A DNA stretch of 64,000 nt from Octopus vulgaris (lineage: Eukaryota): positions 20,274,001 to 20,338,000 of the forward strand of contig OX597839.1 of the NCBI GenBank assembly GCA_951406725.2, written 5' to 3'. The translations under genes were made by a program, and so were the position numbers. Each line of letters begins with the position of its first letter. The first letter of the stretch is position 1. The notes below the pieces were generated by a model. The model saw only the letters and a program-made list of their open reading frames with translations, had not been told where the DNA came from and did no database searches. Of the stretch, positions 60,839 through 64,000 are shown in pieces.

Positions 60839-61224
60839 GTCCCTTAGTGGCTGACGATATGTGCATCTCTGATCACGAGCAGAAGTAGTGGGGGAGCATC
60901 ATAGCCATGTGTTGAGAGGGATTCTTTGGGGTTTGAATAATTCACCTCTGGAAACATGGGTGGTTCTTTCAACATTCTTAAACAACCCTTATTCAGGGAC
61001 CTTTTGAGCGGGATGGGCTACTCAACCTGAAGAAAATTCTAACTGGGCCCCATCTGCAAGGTCATGTGCTGTTTATCTTGATATGAGATCACCATGTGGC
61101 GCACATATGGTTGTGATGCATGTGCCTGGTGTACCCTTATCAGACGGGTAGTCATGATGAGTATACTGGGCTTCGTATATTTTACCCCAGTGTCACTTTG
61201 ATGGCATGCACTGCTCTCTCACTC
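60839..61224 (+). mobile_element. 3' part of a (TAA)n-associated retroelement
   Basis: Flanked by (AAT)n on both sides; matches 14049-14273. Confidence 0.7.
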
Positions 61225-61257
61225 AATAATAATAATAATAATAGTAATAATAATAAT

Positions 61258-61752
61258 CCTCATTGATATGACTGTCCCAATCGATATATCCTCATTAATA
61301 TGACAGTCCCAATCGATATGAACGTATCTGTTAAGACCTACCAAAAACTGAGCAAGTATAAAGATCTTGAAATAGAAATTAGCAAAATGTGGAACCTGAA
61401 GACTAAAACAATACCTGTTGTCATAGGTGCCCTGGGAATGAGAGCAAAAGGGGCTGATTGCTACCTAGCTCAGATACCAGGAAACCCCAAAATGGCAGAA
61501 ATTCAAAAGATACTGCTCATGGGAACTGCTCATATCCTACGCAAAATACTTTCTATGTAATCTCAAGTTTTAAAACAAACACAATTTTCTTATGGTTTCT
61601 TAAACATTCTCTAGAACAACACTATGTACAAAATCAAATATATGGCACCCTAGGCATAACACCAACATGAACTTCCAGCTTGTTGTCTCTTGAGATCTCT
61701 GGGTGAGACTTGGAACCGACTTCTACAAAAGTAAAGCAAAAGTCAAACATAA
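61258..61752 (+). mobile_element. R4/Dong-type LINE 3' fragment (RLE C-terminus 61300-61560 plus UTR)
   Basis: MTVPIDMNVSVKTYQKLSKYKDLEIEISKMWNLKTKTIPVVIGALG..IQKILLMGTAHILRKILSM*; (AAT)n on both sides. Confidence 0.85.
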
Positions 61753-61787
61753 AATAATAATAATAACAACAACAATCATAATAATTA

Positions 61788-62203
61788 GGGCGGAGAGCTG
61801 GCGGTAACGTTAGCACGCCGGGCGAAATGCGTTGCCGTATTTCGTCTGCCGTTGCGTTCTGAGTTCAAATTCCGCCGAGGTCGACTTTGCTTTTCATCCT
61901 TTCGGGGTCGATAAATTAAGTACCAGTTACGCACTGGGGTCGATGTAATCGACTTTATCCGTTTGTTTATCCTTGTTTGTCCCCTCTGTGTTTAGCCCCT
62001 TGTGGGTAGTAAAGAAATAGGTATTTCGTCTACCGCTACATTCTGAGTTCAAATTCCGCCGAGGTCGACTTTGCCTTTCATCCTTTTCGGGGTCGATTAA
62101 ATAAGTACCAGTTACGCACTGGGGTCGATATATATCGACCTAATCCGTTTGTCTGTCCTTGTTTGTCCCCTTTATGTTTAGCCTCTTGTGTGCAATAGAG
62201 AAA
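61788..62203 (+). mobile_element. SINE family 2 head plus two tandem body units (184-bp period)
   Basis: gtatttcgtc at 61837 and 62021. Confidence 0.9.
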
Positions 62204-62759
62204 TTTTTTTTAAATATTATTATTATCATTATTATTATTATTTTTGTGCGTGCATGCGTCTGTGTGTGTATGTATGTATGTATGTTTGTATGTATGTGTT
62301 CTCCAAAGCATTTTACACATTTCCTAATCTGTCCTTCATATTTGGTGTGCAACAATGCAATAACAAATTTTCCAAACTGTCTCTTAAACATATCGTCACC
62401 TCCACGGACATATCTTCAAAACGAGATTATTTCATGGCGGCCTTTTATTGCCGTCATTACGACAGCAGTGAATTATACGAACGCCGTTCGTGTCTGTTTC
62501 TCGGTCGTAATTACTGGAGTTTAAATTCTTGCACTGTAGGCGTCAGTTGTCTTTAAGCAAACAGGAAATTATTTGGCCATGATGTCTAGTGTTAAATTTG
62601 TTGCGAGGAATCTTAAGACGATAAACTTCTTTTTGTCTTGGAAGATTTTGTTATAATTGCCTTATTAATACATTCACCGAATGCAGACTTTGATTTGGGA
62701 AATATTATTTGAAGCATAAATTAGCAGTGGTTTATGGTAAAAAAGTTAGCGTAGCAAAA

Positions 62760-63109
62760 TCTCTGTATATATAAACGGCAAAATGTCTGTGTGCGTGTCC
62801 TTTATACAAATCCGGAGGGCTCACACTTTCTATAGTCATTCAAAACCGTCCAAGGGTGGTCGTGCACATCTTTATATTTCCCCAGTCACCCCGCAAAGCC
62901 ATTAAAAAATCAATAGAAGTGACTTTTTTGTGAATTTTCTATCCAAAACCCAATCAAAATGCCCGAAACTTGATACGCCAATTGAATGCCAGCTAGCTGT
63001 ATGTCATTGGTCAGAGATTTGGACAGTACTCGTGTGTATGTGCGCACGCACGCAGCTATATATTCATGCACTAGCACTATGACCCAGCATTGCTGGGTCA
63101 TAGTGCTAG
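62760..63109 (+). mobile_element. Non-autonomous Helitron (350 bp)
   Basis: A|TCTCTGTATATATAAA 5' end; 3' hairpin then CTAG|T. Confidence 0.8.
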
Positions 63110-63419
63110 TTTAAAGCATAAATTAGCAGTGGTTTATGGTAAAAAGTTAGCGTAACAAAACCACATCGTAGACCTCCGTGCTGACTCCCACTCCGTGATA
63201 GTTTGGGTAAGTGTCTTCTACTATAGCCTCGGGCCGACTTGACCTCTATGAGTGGATTTGGTAGAAGGAATCTGAAAAAAGTCCGTCGTGTGTATAAATA
63301 TTAATACATTCACCGAATACAGGCTTTGATTTGAGAAATAATATTTAAAGCATAAATTAGCAGTGGTTTATCGTAAAACGTTAGCGTAACAAAACCACAT
63401 CGTAAACTTCGGTGCTAAC

Positions 63420-63772
63420 TCCCACTCCGTGATAGTTTGGGCAAGTGTCTTCTACTATAGCCTCGGGCCGACCTGACCTCTATGAGTTGATTTGGTTGAC
63501 GGAAACTGAAAGAAGCCCGTCGTGTGTATTTGTATGTATAAGTGTATATTTATGAGTGTGTCTCTTTGTGTTTGTGTTTATCCCCCGCCACCACTTGAAA
63601 GCCGGTCATGGTATGCTTATGTCTCTGTTAGTTAGCGGTTCGGCAAAAAGCGACTGATAGAACCAGACTTAAAGAATAAAATGTGTCCTGGGGTCGATTT
63701 ATTCGACTAAAATTCTTCAAGACGGTACCCCATTACGACCGCAGTTTAATGACTGAAACAAGTAAAAGAATA
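63420..63772 (+). mobile_element. Diverged SINE family 1 copy
   Basis: ttgggcaagtgtcttctactatagcctcgggccgacc..tgactgaaacaagtaaaaga. Confidence 0.75.
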
Positions 63773-64000
63773 AATTTGTCCTCAGATTGCCACCCAGACT
63801 CTCTGGAACTTCCAGCGCGTTTGCCATACAGTACAGCATGTCGTTTCCGAATTTATGGCAGAGTGGATTGCGTCATGATGCTGTTTTTATTTTCTCAAAG
63901 ACGGTGCCCGTCTGACTCTACCATACTGTGCAAACGACAAAATCAAAAACAATCAATGAGCATACCCAAAATTAAAAATATAAAATGACAACAATTTACC

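Overview
Eukaryotic, AT-rich, extremely microsatellite-dense DNA ((TA)n, (CA)n, (GATA)n, (TACA)n, (TAA)n, (CAC/CAT)n, (GA)n). The repeat content and SINE families look like an octopus genome, intronic or intergenic; this is an inference from recall, not a database hit. I found no convincing host protein-coding exon, and nearly all ORFs in the track are translated simple repeats. The informative content is mobile DNA: two abundant tRNA-head SINE families, a Tx1/L1-clade LINE whose seven 3' fragments all abut (GATA)n tracts, R4/Dong-type fragments stacked in (TAA)n tracts, RTE and CR1-like LINE fragments, a hAT transposase remnant, a piggyBac-type MITE, a Tc1/mariner-type MITE, a non-autonomous Helitron and a 164-bp tandem satellite. 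There are also several minimal hammerhead-ribozyme motifs in Penelope-like fragments next to (TA)n. The most notable pattern is that different retroelements appear to occupy different microsatellite motifs, including an apparently (GATA)n-targeting Tx1 family. SINE multimers with an identical 184-bp junction occur at two independent loci.
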